DNA from: Alphaproteobacteria bacterium
GTDB lineage: Bacteria > Pseudomonadota > Alphaproteobacteria > UBA11136
NCBI GenBank assembly: GCA_016776635.1
Contig: JADHSZ010000006.1
Span: forward strand, 10,629-74,628
Direction: 5' to 3'
DNA length: 64,000 nt
The notes beneath the pieces are model-generated. The model was not told the origin of the DNA. It saw only the letters and a list, made by a program, of their open reading frames with translations, and did no database searches. Position numbers and translations under genes: made by a program. Shown here piece by piece: positions 9,683 to 18,055 of this stretch (position 1 is its first letter; every line of letters starts with the position of its first letter).

Positions 9683-11367
9683 CCACGGACAGCCCCCAGG
9701 AATTGCTGCAACAGGCCGCCGCCCATCACCAGGCGGGGCGGTTGGCCGAAGCCGAAGCGCTTTACAGTCAGATATTGGAGACCGAGCCGGAAAACCCCGA
9801 CGCCCTGCATCTTCTGGGGGTCTGCGCTTATCAGTCGGGACGGCTCGACGAGGCGCAAGAAACCATCGCCCGCGCCATCGAGATCAATCCCGACGCGGAA
9901 GCCTATTACGGCAATCTCGGCCTGGTGCTGAAGGATCAGGAAAAACTGGACGAAGCCGAGGAGGTATTGCGTAAGGCGCTGGCTCTCAACCCCAAGGCTC
10001 TGGGCGCGGGCATCAATCTCGGCCTGGTATTACAGGCAGGGGACCGCATCGAGGAAGCCGAGGAAACCCTGCGCCGCACCATCACCGCCCACCCGCAAGA
10101 CGCCAAGGCGCAGTCCGCGTTGGCCGGTGTATTGATGGAGTGCCATAAACCCGCCGAGGCCGAGACCGCCTTTCGCCGCGCACTGGAATTGGAACCCGGC
10201 AACGCCGCCTTCCATAACAGTCTGGGAGTCGCGCTGTTGGCGGCAGGAGACGCGGAGGCGGCACGGGAGTCCTTCCTTGCCGCCATCACCATCAAGCCGG
10301 AGTTCATCACCGCCCATAACAATCTGGGCAATGCCTTCAAGGCTCTTGGCGATCCCGAAAAAGCTCTCGCCGTTTATGAAAAAGCCATTGAAATTGATCC
10401 CGGCAACGCGGAACTCCATCAGAATTTTAACTTGGCACTTTTGCTCACCGGCAGACTGAAGGAAGGCTGGGCCGAATATGAATGGCGCTGGCGGCACAAG
10501 GATGCCACTTATCGTCCCTACCCCCAGCCTAAATGGGACGGCTCGCCGCTGGAAGGAAAGACCATTCTGGTATGGGGTGAACAGGGTATCGGAGACGAGC
10601 TGTTGTTTACCTCTATGATCCCCGACCTGATGAAAAGCGGGGCAAAAGTGCTGTTGGAGTGCAAACCTCGCCTAAAATCATTATTTTCCCGTTCCTTTCC
10701 GAATGTTACCTGTGTGGTCAGAGCCAATCCACCGGCTCAGGAACTGTTGTCGGACGACGTTGACTTTCATATTCCTGCGGGCAGTCTCTGCCAATTCCTG
10801 CGCCCGGACCTGGAAAGTTTCCCTAAACATGAAGGCTATCTGACAGCCGACCCGGAGCGTACAGCGTCACTGCGCACAGGTTATGGCGGGGAGGGGTCGT
10901 TTCTGGTGGGGATCACTTGGCATAGCAAAAACAAGACGAGTCCTGAGAAGAGTTTGTCTCTCGAGTCATGGCGGCCGGTGCTGGAAGTGCCCGGCGTCAC
11001 CTTCGTCAATCTGCAGTACGGAGACACCGCGGCCGAGCGCGCGGCGTTTACTGCCGAGACCGGCATTAAAATCCTCCACGATGAAGAAATCGATCCGCTT
11101 ACCGATATGGATGCCTTCGCCGCCCAGGTGGCGGCCATGGATCTGGTGATTTCCATTGCTAACACCACCATCACCACGGCGGGTGCACTGGATGTTCCGG
11201 GCTGGGCATTGGTACCTTTTGAATCCGATTGGGTATGGATGCTTGACCGCGAGGACAACCCGTGGTTCCCGAGCCTGTACCTTTATCGCCAGAGTGCGCG
11301 CGGCGACTGGGGAAGCGTCATAAAACGGGTGGCGCAAGAGCTGCGGCACAAGGTGGAGGCGTCATGA
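9679..11367 (+). CDS. TPR + GT-B glycosyltransferase, paralog 3
   Basis: ATGA overlap, start MTTDSPQ; TPRs; WGEQGIGDE, VNLQYG, FAAQVAAMD. Confidence 0.85.
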   Translation: MTTDSPQELLQQAAAHHQAGRLAEAEALYSQILETEPENPDALHLLGVCAYQSGRLDEAQETIARAIEINPDAEAYYGNLGLVLKDQEKLDEAEEVLRKALALNPKALGAGINLGLVLQAGDRIEEAEETLRRTITAHPQDAKAQSALAGVLMECHKPAEAETAFRRALELEPGNAAFHNSLGVALLAAGDAEAARESFLAAITIKPEFITAHNNLGNAFKALGDPEKALAVYEKAIEIDPGNAELHQNFNLALLLTGRLKEGWAEYEWRWRHKDATYRPYPQPKWDGSPLEGKTILVWGEQGIGDELLFTSMIPDLMKSGAKVLLECKPRLKSLFSRSFPNVTCVVRANPPAQELLSDDVDFHIPAGSLCQFLRPDLESFPKHEGYLTADPERTASLRTGYGGEGSFLVGITWHSKNKTSPEKSLSLESWRPVLEVPGVTFVNLQYGDTAAERAAFTAETGIKILHDEEIDPLTDMDAFAAQVAAMDLVISIANTTITTAGALDVPGWALVPFESDWVWMLDREDNPWFPSLYLYRQSARGDWGSVIKRVAQELRHKVEAS

Positions 11368-13157
11368 ACAGGGACACGCCGCAGGCGCTTCTCCAGGAAG
11401 CGCTTGCCCACCATCAGGCGGGGCGTCTCGACGAGGCTGCCGCGCTCTATGGTCAGGTATTGGAAGCCGAGCCGGAACACCCCGACGCACTGCATTTAAG
11501 TGGCGCCCTGCGTTATCAGGCGGGTGATCTGGAGGCGGCCTCGGCATTGGTGGGTAAAGCCGTCACCGTGGCCCCGAAGGTGGCCGATTACCACAATACG
11601 CTGGGTCTGGTGCTCACCGAGCGGGGACAGGCGCAAGAGGCTGTGGCGGAACTCCGGGAGGCGGTGGGCTGTGAGCCCGGCCATGTGGAGGCCCACTACA
11701 ATCTGGGCAATGCGCTGATGACCTGTGGAGAGGCGGTGGCGGCGGAGGCAAGCTATCGCCAGGCGCTGGCGCTTCACCCCGGTTTTACTGCCGCCCACAA
11801 TAATCTGGGCCGCCTTCTCGCCGAAATGGACCGTCTGGAGGAAGCCGAAGCCGCTCTGGGCGAGGCTTTGAAACTGGCGCCTGGATACGCCCCGGCCCAC
11901 TACAATCTTGGCCGCCTTGAAGAACAACGGGAGAATTTCAGCGCCGCCGAGAATGGCTATCGCCGAGCATTGGAGCTGAATTCCGGCTATGTGGAAGCCC
12001 ACAATAATCTGGGGAATGTGCTGCGGCTGCAGGGCCGCCTTGCGGAGGCGAAGGAGTCCTTTAACCGGGCGCTGGAACTGCGGCCTTCCTATTCCGAGGC
12101 CTTTAGTAATCTCGGTATGATTCATATGGCGGAAGGGGAGGTGGACCAGGCCGAGCAGGTTTTCCGCCAAGCCATCACCCTGGGTCCCGACAACGCCAAC
12201 GCCCATCATAACCTGGCCCTGGCGCTGTTGATGATGGAACGGTTTGAGGAGGGCTGGGAGGAATATGAATGGCGCTGGAAAAAGCCCAATGTGCCCAACC
12301 GTGAGTTTCCGCAGGAGGTTTGGAAGGGGGAACCCCTCAATGGCAAGACTCTTCTTGTCTGGGCGGAGCAGGGTCTCGGCGACGAGATACGTTTCGCCGG
12401 GATGGTTCCGGAAATAATGGAGAAAGGCGCCTCTGTCATTCTTGAAAGCGAGCCGCGCCTGGTGCCGCTGTTCGCCCGTTCCTTCCCGGGCGTCACCTGC
12501 GTGGCGAAATCGAGTCCACCGGCTCCGGGACTGTTGTCCGAAGACATAGATTTCCAGACGTCTGCGGGTGGGCTCTGCCGCTATCTGCGCCCGGACCTGG
12601 AAAGTTTCCCCCAAGGCGAGGGGTACCTCCGGGCCGATCCCGACCAGACACGCGCGCTACGGGAGCGTTATAAGGAAGAAAACGAGAGGGTTCTGGTGGG
12701 CATCTCCTGGGGCAGTATCAATAAGATGCGCCCCTGGAAAGGCATCCCGCTCATGGAATGGCGGCCGGTGCTGGAAGTACCCGGCATTGCATTTGTCGAT
12801 CTGCAATACGGGGATACGGAGGCTGAACACGCTGCGGTGCGTGCCGAAACCGGCATCGAGCTTCTCTATGACGAGTCTATTGATCCACTCGAAGACATGG
12901 ATGCCTTCGCCGCCCAGGTGGCGGCTATGGACTTGGTTGTGTCGGTAGGTAATTCCACGGTGGAGGTGGCGGGCGCGCTGGGGGTGCCGGTGTGGACGTT
13001 TGTGTCCTTTGATTCGCACTGGGTGTGGATGCGTGAGCGCGAGCATAGCCTCTGGTATCCGGGCATGCGCCTCTATCGCCAGAGTGCGCGCGGCGACTGG
13101 GAAAGCGTCATAAACCGGGTGGCTGGGGAATTGGAGAAAATGGCGGAATCCCCATGA
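11364..13157 (+). CDS. TPR + GT-B glycosyltransferase, paralog 4
   Basis: ATGA overlap, start MNRDTPQ; TPRs; WAEQGLGDE, VDLQYG, FAAQVAAMD. Confidence 0.85.
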   Translation: MNRDTPQALLQEALAHHQAGRLDEAAALYGQVLEAEPEHPDALHLSGALRYQAGDLEAASALVGKAVTVAPKVADYHNTLGLVLTERGQAQEAVAELREAVGCEPGHVEAHYNLGNALMTCGEAVAAEASYRQALALHPGFTAAHNNLGRLLAEMDRLEEAEAALGEALKLAPGYAPAHYNLGRLEEQRENFSAAENGYRRALELNSGYVEAHNNLGNVLRLQGRLAEAKESFNRALELRPSYSEAFSNLGMIHMAEGEVDQAEQVFRQAITLGPDNANAHHNLALALLMMERFEEGWEEYEWRWKKPNVPNREFPQEVWKGEPLNGKTLLVWAEQGLGDEIRFAGMVPEIMEKGASVILESEPRLVPLFARSFPGVTCVAKSSPPAPGLLSEDIDFQTSAGGLCRYLRPDLESFPQGEGYLRADPDQTRALRERYKEENERVLVGISWGSINKMRPWKGIPLMEWRPVLEVPGIAFVDLQYGDTEAEHAAVRAETGIELLYDESIDPLEDMDAFAAQVAAMDLVVSVGNSTVEVAGALGVPVWTFVSFDSHWVWMREREHSLWYPGMRLYRQSARGDWESVINRVAGELEKMAESP

Positions 13158-14794
13158 GCCGCAAGAAGCGTTCGGCGAAAACCCTGAAAAAGGCCGCGCC
13201 GCCAAAGAACCTGCTGGCCGAGGCCATGCGCCATCAGGCGGCGGGACAATTGGACGATGCGGAACCGTTCCTGCGCCAAGCGCTGGAGGCCGACCCCAAT
13301 AATCTGGAAGCTCTTGTGGCCCTTGCCGCGAATATCATGAGCCGGGGACAGGCACAGGAGGCGGTTGCCCTGTGCCGGCGGGTGGCGGAATTACAGCCGG
13401 ATCACGCCGAAGCCCGCAACAATCTGGGCAAGGTGCTGGCGATGGCGGGAAATCGTGATGAGGCGGTGGAGGTTTTTCGCCAGGCGGTCAAGCTGGACCC
13501 CGGTCTTGCCACCGCCCATTATAATCTGGGAACCCTGTTGAAAGAACTGGGTGAGCCGGAACAGGCCCTTATCTCTCTGGCGCGCGCCGTGGAATGCGAT
13601 CCGGATTTCGTGGATGCTCGTATCAACCTGGGCACCACACAGCAAAGAATAGGCCATTTCGATGACGCGGAGGCAGCGTTTAAAAAGGTTCTTGAGATGG
13701 ATCCCGGCTATAACGAGGCGCGTTACAATCTTGCCCATCTCTATCAGCACAGCCGCCGCCTCGACGAGGCCATCGCCATTTATCGCCAGACCCTGGAGAA
13801 AGACCCCTCCCATATCCTCGCCCATCATAATCTGGGATTGACCCTTTTGACGGCGGGACAGATGAGGGAAGGCTGGGAGCAATACGAATGGCGCTGGCGT
13901 ATCGACGAATATGTGGACCGTCCGATCATTTTCCCCCAAGCTCCTTTGGAAAATTACCCAGGGGACGGCGGATCGCTGGAGGGCAAAACCATCCTGGTCT
14001 GGGCGGAACAGGGTATTGGCGACGAGATGTTGTTCGCCAACCAGATACCGGATCTGGTGAAAAGTGGGGGCAGCATCATTCTTGAATGTGAACCGCGTCT
14101 GGTGCCGCTCTTCGAGCGTTCCTTCCCGGGCGTCACCTGCGTGGCCAAGTCGGACCCGCCGCACCCGGACCTGCTTTCGGATGATATAGATTTTCAGACG
14201 CCGGTGGGCGGGCTGTGTCGCTTCCTGCGAGCCGATCTGGAGAGTTTTCCCGAGCATGCAGGCTATCTGAAGGCCGACGCGGCGAAGACCCGTGAACTGC
14301 GGCAGCGCTACGGCGGCGAGGATAAATTTCTTGTGGGTCTTTGCTGGGGCAGCGCCGACAAGAAGCGTCCCTGGAAGAGCATCCCGCTCATGGAATGGCG
14401 GCCGGTTCTGGAAGTTCCCGGGGTCACCTTCGTCAATCTGCAGTACGGAGATACGGCGGCGGTGCGAGAGGAAATGCGGGCCGCAACCGGTATTGAGATT
14501 CTCCACGACGAGGAGATTAATCCGCTCACCGACATGGACGGATTTGCCGCCCAGGTGGCGGCCATGGACCTGACTATTTCCATTACCAATACCACCATTA
14601 CCACGGCGGGAACCCTGGGCCGTTCCGGCTGGGCGCTGGTGCCCTTTGAATCGAGCTGGGTGTGGATGCTGGGGCGCGAGACAAATATCTGGAACCCCAG
14701 TATACGTCTGTTTCCCCAGGACCGGTTTGATGGCTGGGAAAGCGTCATGGAGCGGGTTGCGCGCGACCTTCGGCAACGGGTGAAGGCATCATGA
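13154..14794 (+). CDS. TPR + GT-B glycosyltransferase, paralog 5
   Basis: ATGA overlap, start MSRKKRSAK; TPRs; WAEQGIGDE, VNLQYG, FAAQVAAMD. Confidence 0.85.
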   Translation: MSRKKRSAKTLKKAAPPKNLLAEAMRHQAAGQLDDAEPFLRQALEADPNNLEALVALAANIMSRGQAQEAVALCRRVAELQPDHAEARNNLGKVLAMAGNRDEAVEVFRQAVKLDPGLATAHYNLGTLLKELGEPEQALISLARAVECDPDFVDARINLGTTQQRIGHFDDAEAAFKKVLEMDPGYNEARYNLAHLYQHSRRLDEAIAIYRQTLEKDPSHILAHHNLGLTLLTAGQMREGWEQYEWRWRIDEYVDRPIIFPQAPLENYPGDGGSLEGKTILVWAEQGIGDEMLFANQIPDLVKSGGSIILECEPRLVPLFERSFPGVTCVAKSDPPHPDLLSDDIDFQTPVGGLCRFLRADLESFPEHAGYLKADAAKTRELRQRYGGEDKFLVGLCWGSADKKRPWKSIPLMEWRPVLEVPGVTFVNLQYGDTAAVREEMRAATGIEILHDEEINPLTDMDGFAAQVAAMDLTISITNTTITTAGTLGRSGWALVPFESSWVWMLGRETNIWNPSIRLFPQDRFDGWESVMERVARDLRQRVKAS

Positions 14795-17331
14795 GCCGCA
14801 AAAAACGTTCAGCCAAATCATTGAAAAAAAGAAATGGCGCGCCCGCCGGACCTCCTTCCGCCCTGCTGCAACAGGCCTCCGCCCATCACCAGGCGGGGCG
14901 TCTCGACGAGGCGACCGCGCTTTACGGGCGCGTCTTGGAGGCCGAACCGAAAAACCCCGACGCCCTGCATCTTCTGGGGGTCTGCGCCTATCAATCGGGA
15001 CGGCTCGACGAGGCGGAAGAAACTATCTCCCGCGCCATTGAAATTAATCCCGGCGCGGAAGCCTATTACGGCAATCTCGGTCTGGTGCTGAAGGATCAGG
15101 AAAAACTGGATGAGGCCGAAGAAGTTCTGGTCAAGGCGCTGGGTCTGAATCCACAGGGTTTTGGCGCGCTCAACAATCTCGGCCTGGTATTACAGGCCGG
15201 AGGCCGCTTCGACGAAGCTGAGGAAGTCTTGCGCAAGGCCATTGCCGTCAATCCGGCGGCGCTGGAGACGCTCTATCATTTGGGTGTCGCTCTCGACGGC
15301 CAAGGCCGCCTCGACGAAGCGGAGGGTTATTACCGTCAGGTGGTGGAAAAAAAGGGAGACCACGCCAAGGCGCTTTATGCCTTGGCCAATGTTCTGTATC
15401 GCAAGGAATGTTTAATCGAAGCGCTGACCAGGTGCCGAGAGGCGGTAGAGCTGATGCCCCGGGATGCCGCCGCGAGGCATCTTCTGGGGGCTCTTTTTCT
15501 CGGACGTGGGGACCCGGAAGCGGCGGAAAGCCACTTCAGGGAAGCCATTTCCATTAACCCCGTCGAGCCCGGCTATCACAGCAGTCTCGGTCTGGCGCTG
15601 AAGGATCAAGGGCGTTTCGAGGAAGCGGAAACGGCGCTGGGCCGGGCGTTGGAACTGTGTCCCGGCTTTCCCGACGCTCTCAGCAATCTAGGATTGGTGC
15701 TGCGCCGCCTGGGGCGGTTCGACGAGGCTGAAAATGTCTTGCGCCGGGCGTTGGAACTTAATCCCGACTTCATTGAAGCCTGGTTCAATCTGGAAGCGGT
15801 CTTTGGCGACCGGGGCGATCTCGATGCCATCATGGATTGTGGGGAACGTCTTATGACTCTGGCCCCCGAGCGCCAGGAGGTCTACGAGGTTCTGGCCGCG
15901 CCCTTGTCCCTGATGGTGGCGCAAGGAGGCGATGCGGCGGCCAGGGTAGCGGCGTTTCTGGAAAAATGGGAAGCCTCCCTGCCTGATTCTCCCTGGCCGC
16001 TCCTTCTTAATTACAGCTTGAGGTTTCTTGCCCCTGAATCGGCCGGTGAAGCCTTCGAGGCGTTTGAGGACGGGCTGCCCAGTCTGGAATCCAACAGAGT
16101 CGGGAATGGCGGTGACGAAAACGAGAGCGATGGAACGCCGGGGCAGCTCCCCGTTATTGCTCTTTTTTCCAACGGCCGCAGCGGCACCGGTTTCTTGCAT
16201 AGCCTTGTTGACGGCCACCCGCAAATTTCCACCCTGCCCGGCGTCTATATGAAGGGGTTCTTCGGTCCCGGTGTGTGGTCTGAGCTTTGCGCCGGCGGCG
16301 CGGCGGAGATAGGGGAGCGTTTCGCCGCCATGTACGAGGTACTGTTCGACGCCACCGACCCCAATCCGGTGCCGGGAAATCCCAATCATCCAAAGGATTA
16401 CAAGGTCGGCCTGTCGGAGGGATTCACCACCATGGGGGAGGATGGCACAACGGTTTTGGGGCTGGACCGGAAAGAGTTTCTTACCCGCCTCAACGGCCTT
16501 GTTCGGGAACAGGGCGCAGTCCATCAAGGGGACTTTTTCCGTCTCATGCACATGGCCTTCGAAAAAGCCCTGGGCCGCGGGCTAGATTTTTCCGAGGGAC
16601 GGAATCGGCTCTTTTACCACATCCATAACCCCGACTTTTTTGAGCTTGCCAGCTTCCTTAAATATTATCCCCGGGCCAAGCTTCTCATGACCGTGCGCGA
16701 GCCTCTGCAGAATCTTGAATCCTGGCTGAGAAGGGATTTGTCTGATGCCACTGCCTACTCCAGAATCGCCGGTAAAATATTTGTCTTTCTCGTTCATTTT
16801 TCACGGCCTGAGTTTGCTCGTCACCAATGCGCTGGACTGCGTCTGGAAGACCTCAAGAACGACCCGGAAACCACCCTGCGTCGTCTCTGCGCCTGGATGG
16901 AGGTGGAGGAATCCGACGCCCTGTACGAATCAACCATGCAGGGACTGAAATGGTGGGGGGAGCCCGGCAGCGCCACCGAAGGCAGTAAAGACCAGTTCGG
17001 AAAGGGCGCCATTGAACGTAAAGTGGGCAGCGTGCTGAGCGAAAAAGACCAACTCGTTTTCGCCACCCTGTTTGCGCCTTTCAGCCGGCTTTATGGCTAT
17101 TCGGAGGAGAATGGGGAAACCCTGGCCGGGAATCTTGAAGCCATCGGTCCGCTTCTCGACGAGCCTCTCGATTTCGAGAAAACCTTCTGGGAAAGCGCCT
17201 CCCTGCGGCGGGAGGACATGGAAAAGACGGTCACATACCGATATTTGCGCCTAGCCCTGCGCAGCCGCTGGGAAGTGCTGCGCCAACACGGCACCTATCC
17301 CTTCATGGTGCCGCCGCTTCCCGAAGCATAG
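14791..17331 (+). CDS. TPR + PAPS-dependent sulfotransferase-family protein
   Basis: N-terminal TPRs; 5'-PSB loop LFSNGRSGTGFLHSLVDGHPQI, 3'-PB MTVREPLQNLESW, LRLEDLKNDPETTLRRLCAWM. Confidence 0.82.
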   Translation: MSRKKRSAKSLKKRNGAPAGPPSALLQQASAHHQAGRLDEATALYGRVLEAEPKNPDALHLLGVCAYQSGRLDEAEETISRAIEINPGAEAYYGNLGLVLKDQEKLDEAEEVLVKALGLNPQGFGALNNLGLVLQAGGRFDEAEEVLRKAIAVNPAALETLYHLGVALDGQGRLDEAEGYYRQVVEKKGDHAKALYALANVLYRKECLIEALTRCREAVELMPRDAAARHLLGALFLGRGDPEAAESHFREAISINPVEPGYHSSLGLALKDQGRFEEAETALGRALELCPGFPDALSNLGLVLRRLGRFDEAENVLRRALELNPDFIEAWFNLEAVFGDRGDLDAIMDCGERLMTLAPERQEVYEVLAAPLSLMVAQGGDAAARVAAFLEKWEASLPDSPWPLLLNYSLRFLAPESAGEAFEAFEDGLPSLESNRVGNGGDENESDGTPGQLPVIALFSNGRSGTGFLHSLVDGHPQISTLPGVYMKGFFGPGVWSELCAGGAAEIGERFAAMYEVLFDATDPNPVPGNPNHPKDYKVGLSEGFTTMGEDGTTVLGLDRKEFLTRLNGLVREQGAVHQGDFFRLMHMAFEKALGRGLDFSEGRNRLFYHIHNPDFFELASFLKYYPRAKLLMTVREPLQNLESWLRRDLSDATAYSRIAGKIFVFLVHFSRPEFARHQCAGLRLEDLKNDPETTLRRLCAWMEVEESDALYESTMQGLKWWGEPGSATEGSKDQFGKGAIERKVGSVLSEKDQLVFATLFAPFSRLYGYSEENGETLAGNLEAIGPLLDEPLDFEKTFWESASLRREDMEKTVTYRYLRLALRSRWEVLRQHGTYPFMVPPLPEA

Positions 17332-17418
17332 GGTTTCTCCCGGCCCGGCTGTGGCGGGACGGATTGACGGCGGGTTGCCGCCATGAAAAGCAGGGAAGGG
17401 GCCTGGAAAGGCCGAGAC

Positions 17419-17961
17419 TCAGACGGAAATGCTGGTGCGTTTGGTCGGCGGTTCGTCCTGATCTCCGGCTTCTTCTTGCGCCGGAGTCGATGGGGTTTCC
17501 GCCGCGGGCGCCGGAGCTTCTCCCGTTTCTGTTTGGGGCGCGGGCTGTGACGAGTCCTGGGGCTGGGAGACTCCGGGCGCGGGTTTAACCACGTTCTGGT
17601 CGGCCAGGGTATGCCATGATTCAGCCAGGGGCTCGAGAAGGCTGATGGTTTCCCGCGCCGGTCTGGGGTCGTTCTCGATGTCAACCCGGGGCAGGCGGTT
17701 GAGAATGAAGCTGTAGAGCTTGTCCAGATTCTTGGCGATCTGTCCGCCCTGCTTTACGTCGAGCGTAATCTGCATGTGATTGATGATTTCACAGGCCTTG
17801 GCGTTGGCTTTCCAGCGTTTCTCGACTTCCTGTTCCTCGATGGCCTGAACGGCCTCGTTCAAACAGCTTATGGCCTTGTCGTACAACATGGCCACCAGCT
17901 TGGCTGGTGAGGCTGAGAGAATCTGCTGTTCCTGGTATTTTTTCGATGCGTCGGCTGTCAT
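17419..17961 (-). CDS. fliS: Flagellin chaperone FliS
   Basis: YQEQQILSASPAKLVAMLYDKAI...TLDVKQGGQIAKNLDKLYSF. Confidence 0.93.
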   Translation of the reverse strand: MTADASKKYQEQQILSASPAKLVAMLYDKAISCLNEAVQAIEEQEVEKRWKANAKACEIINHMQITLDVKQGGQIAKNLDKLYSFILNRLPRVDIENDPRPARETISLLEPLAESWHTLADQNVVKPAPGVSQPQDSSQPAPQTETGEAPAPAAETPSTPAQEEAGDQDEPPTKRTSISV

Positions 17962-18055
17962 AGGGGTCGCGTTCCGGAAAGGATGGGAATCTCGGAAGAA
18001 TCCTACTGCAAGAATGGTTACTTAATGCTTACCGGGAGGGGAAAACAAGAGCCAA

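Noticed and set aside
6156-11363. Upstream in-frame starts for the GT genes (6156, 7892, 9577, 11262)
   Set aside because: They run through the previous gene; the ATGA overlaps give consistent starts at 6291, 7949, 9679 and 11364
6291-17331. Repetitive sequence as a CRISPR array, DGR or mobile element
   Set aside because: Repeats are coding paralogy and TPR units; no spacer structure, reverse transcriptase, transposase or A-specific mismatch pattern seen
18008-18022. Possible sigma54 promoter for fliS
   Set aside because: The -12 TTGC is present but the -24 GG is missing (AGTAAC)
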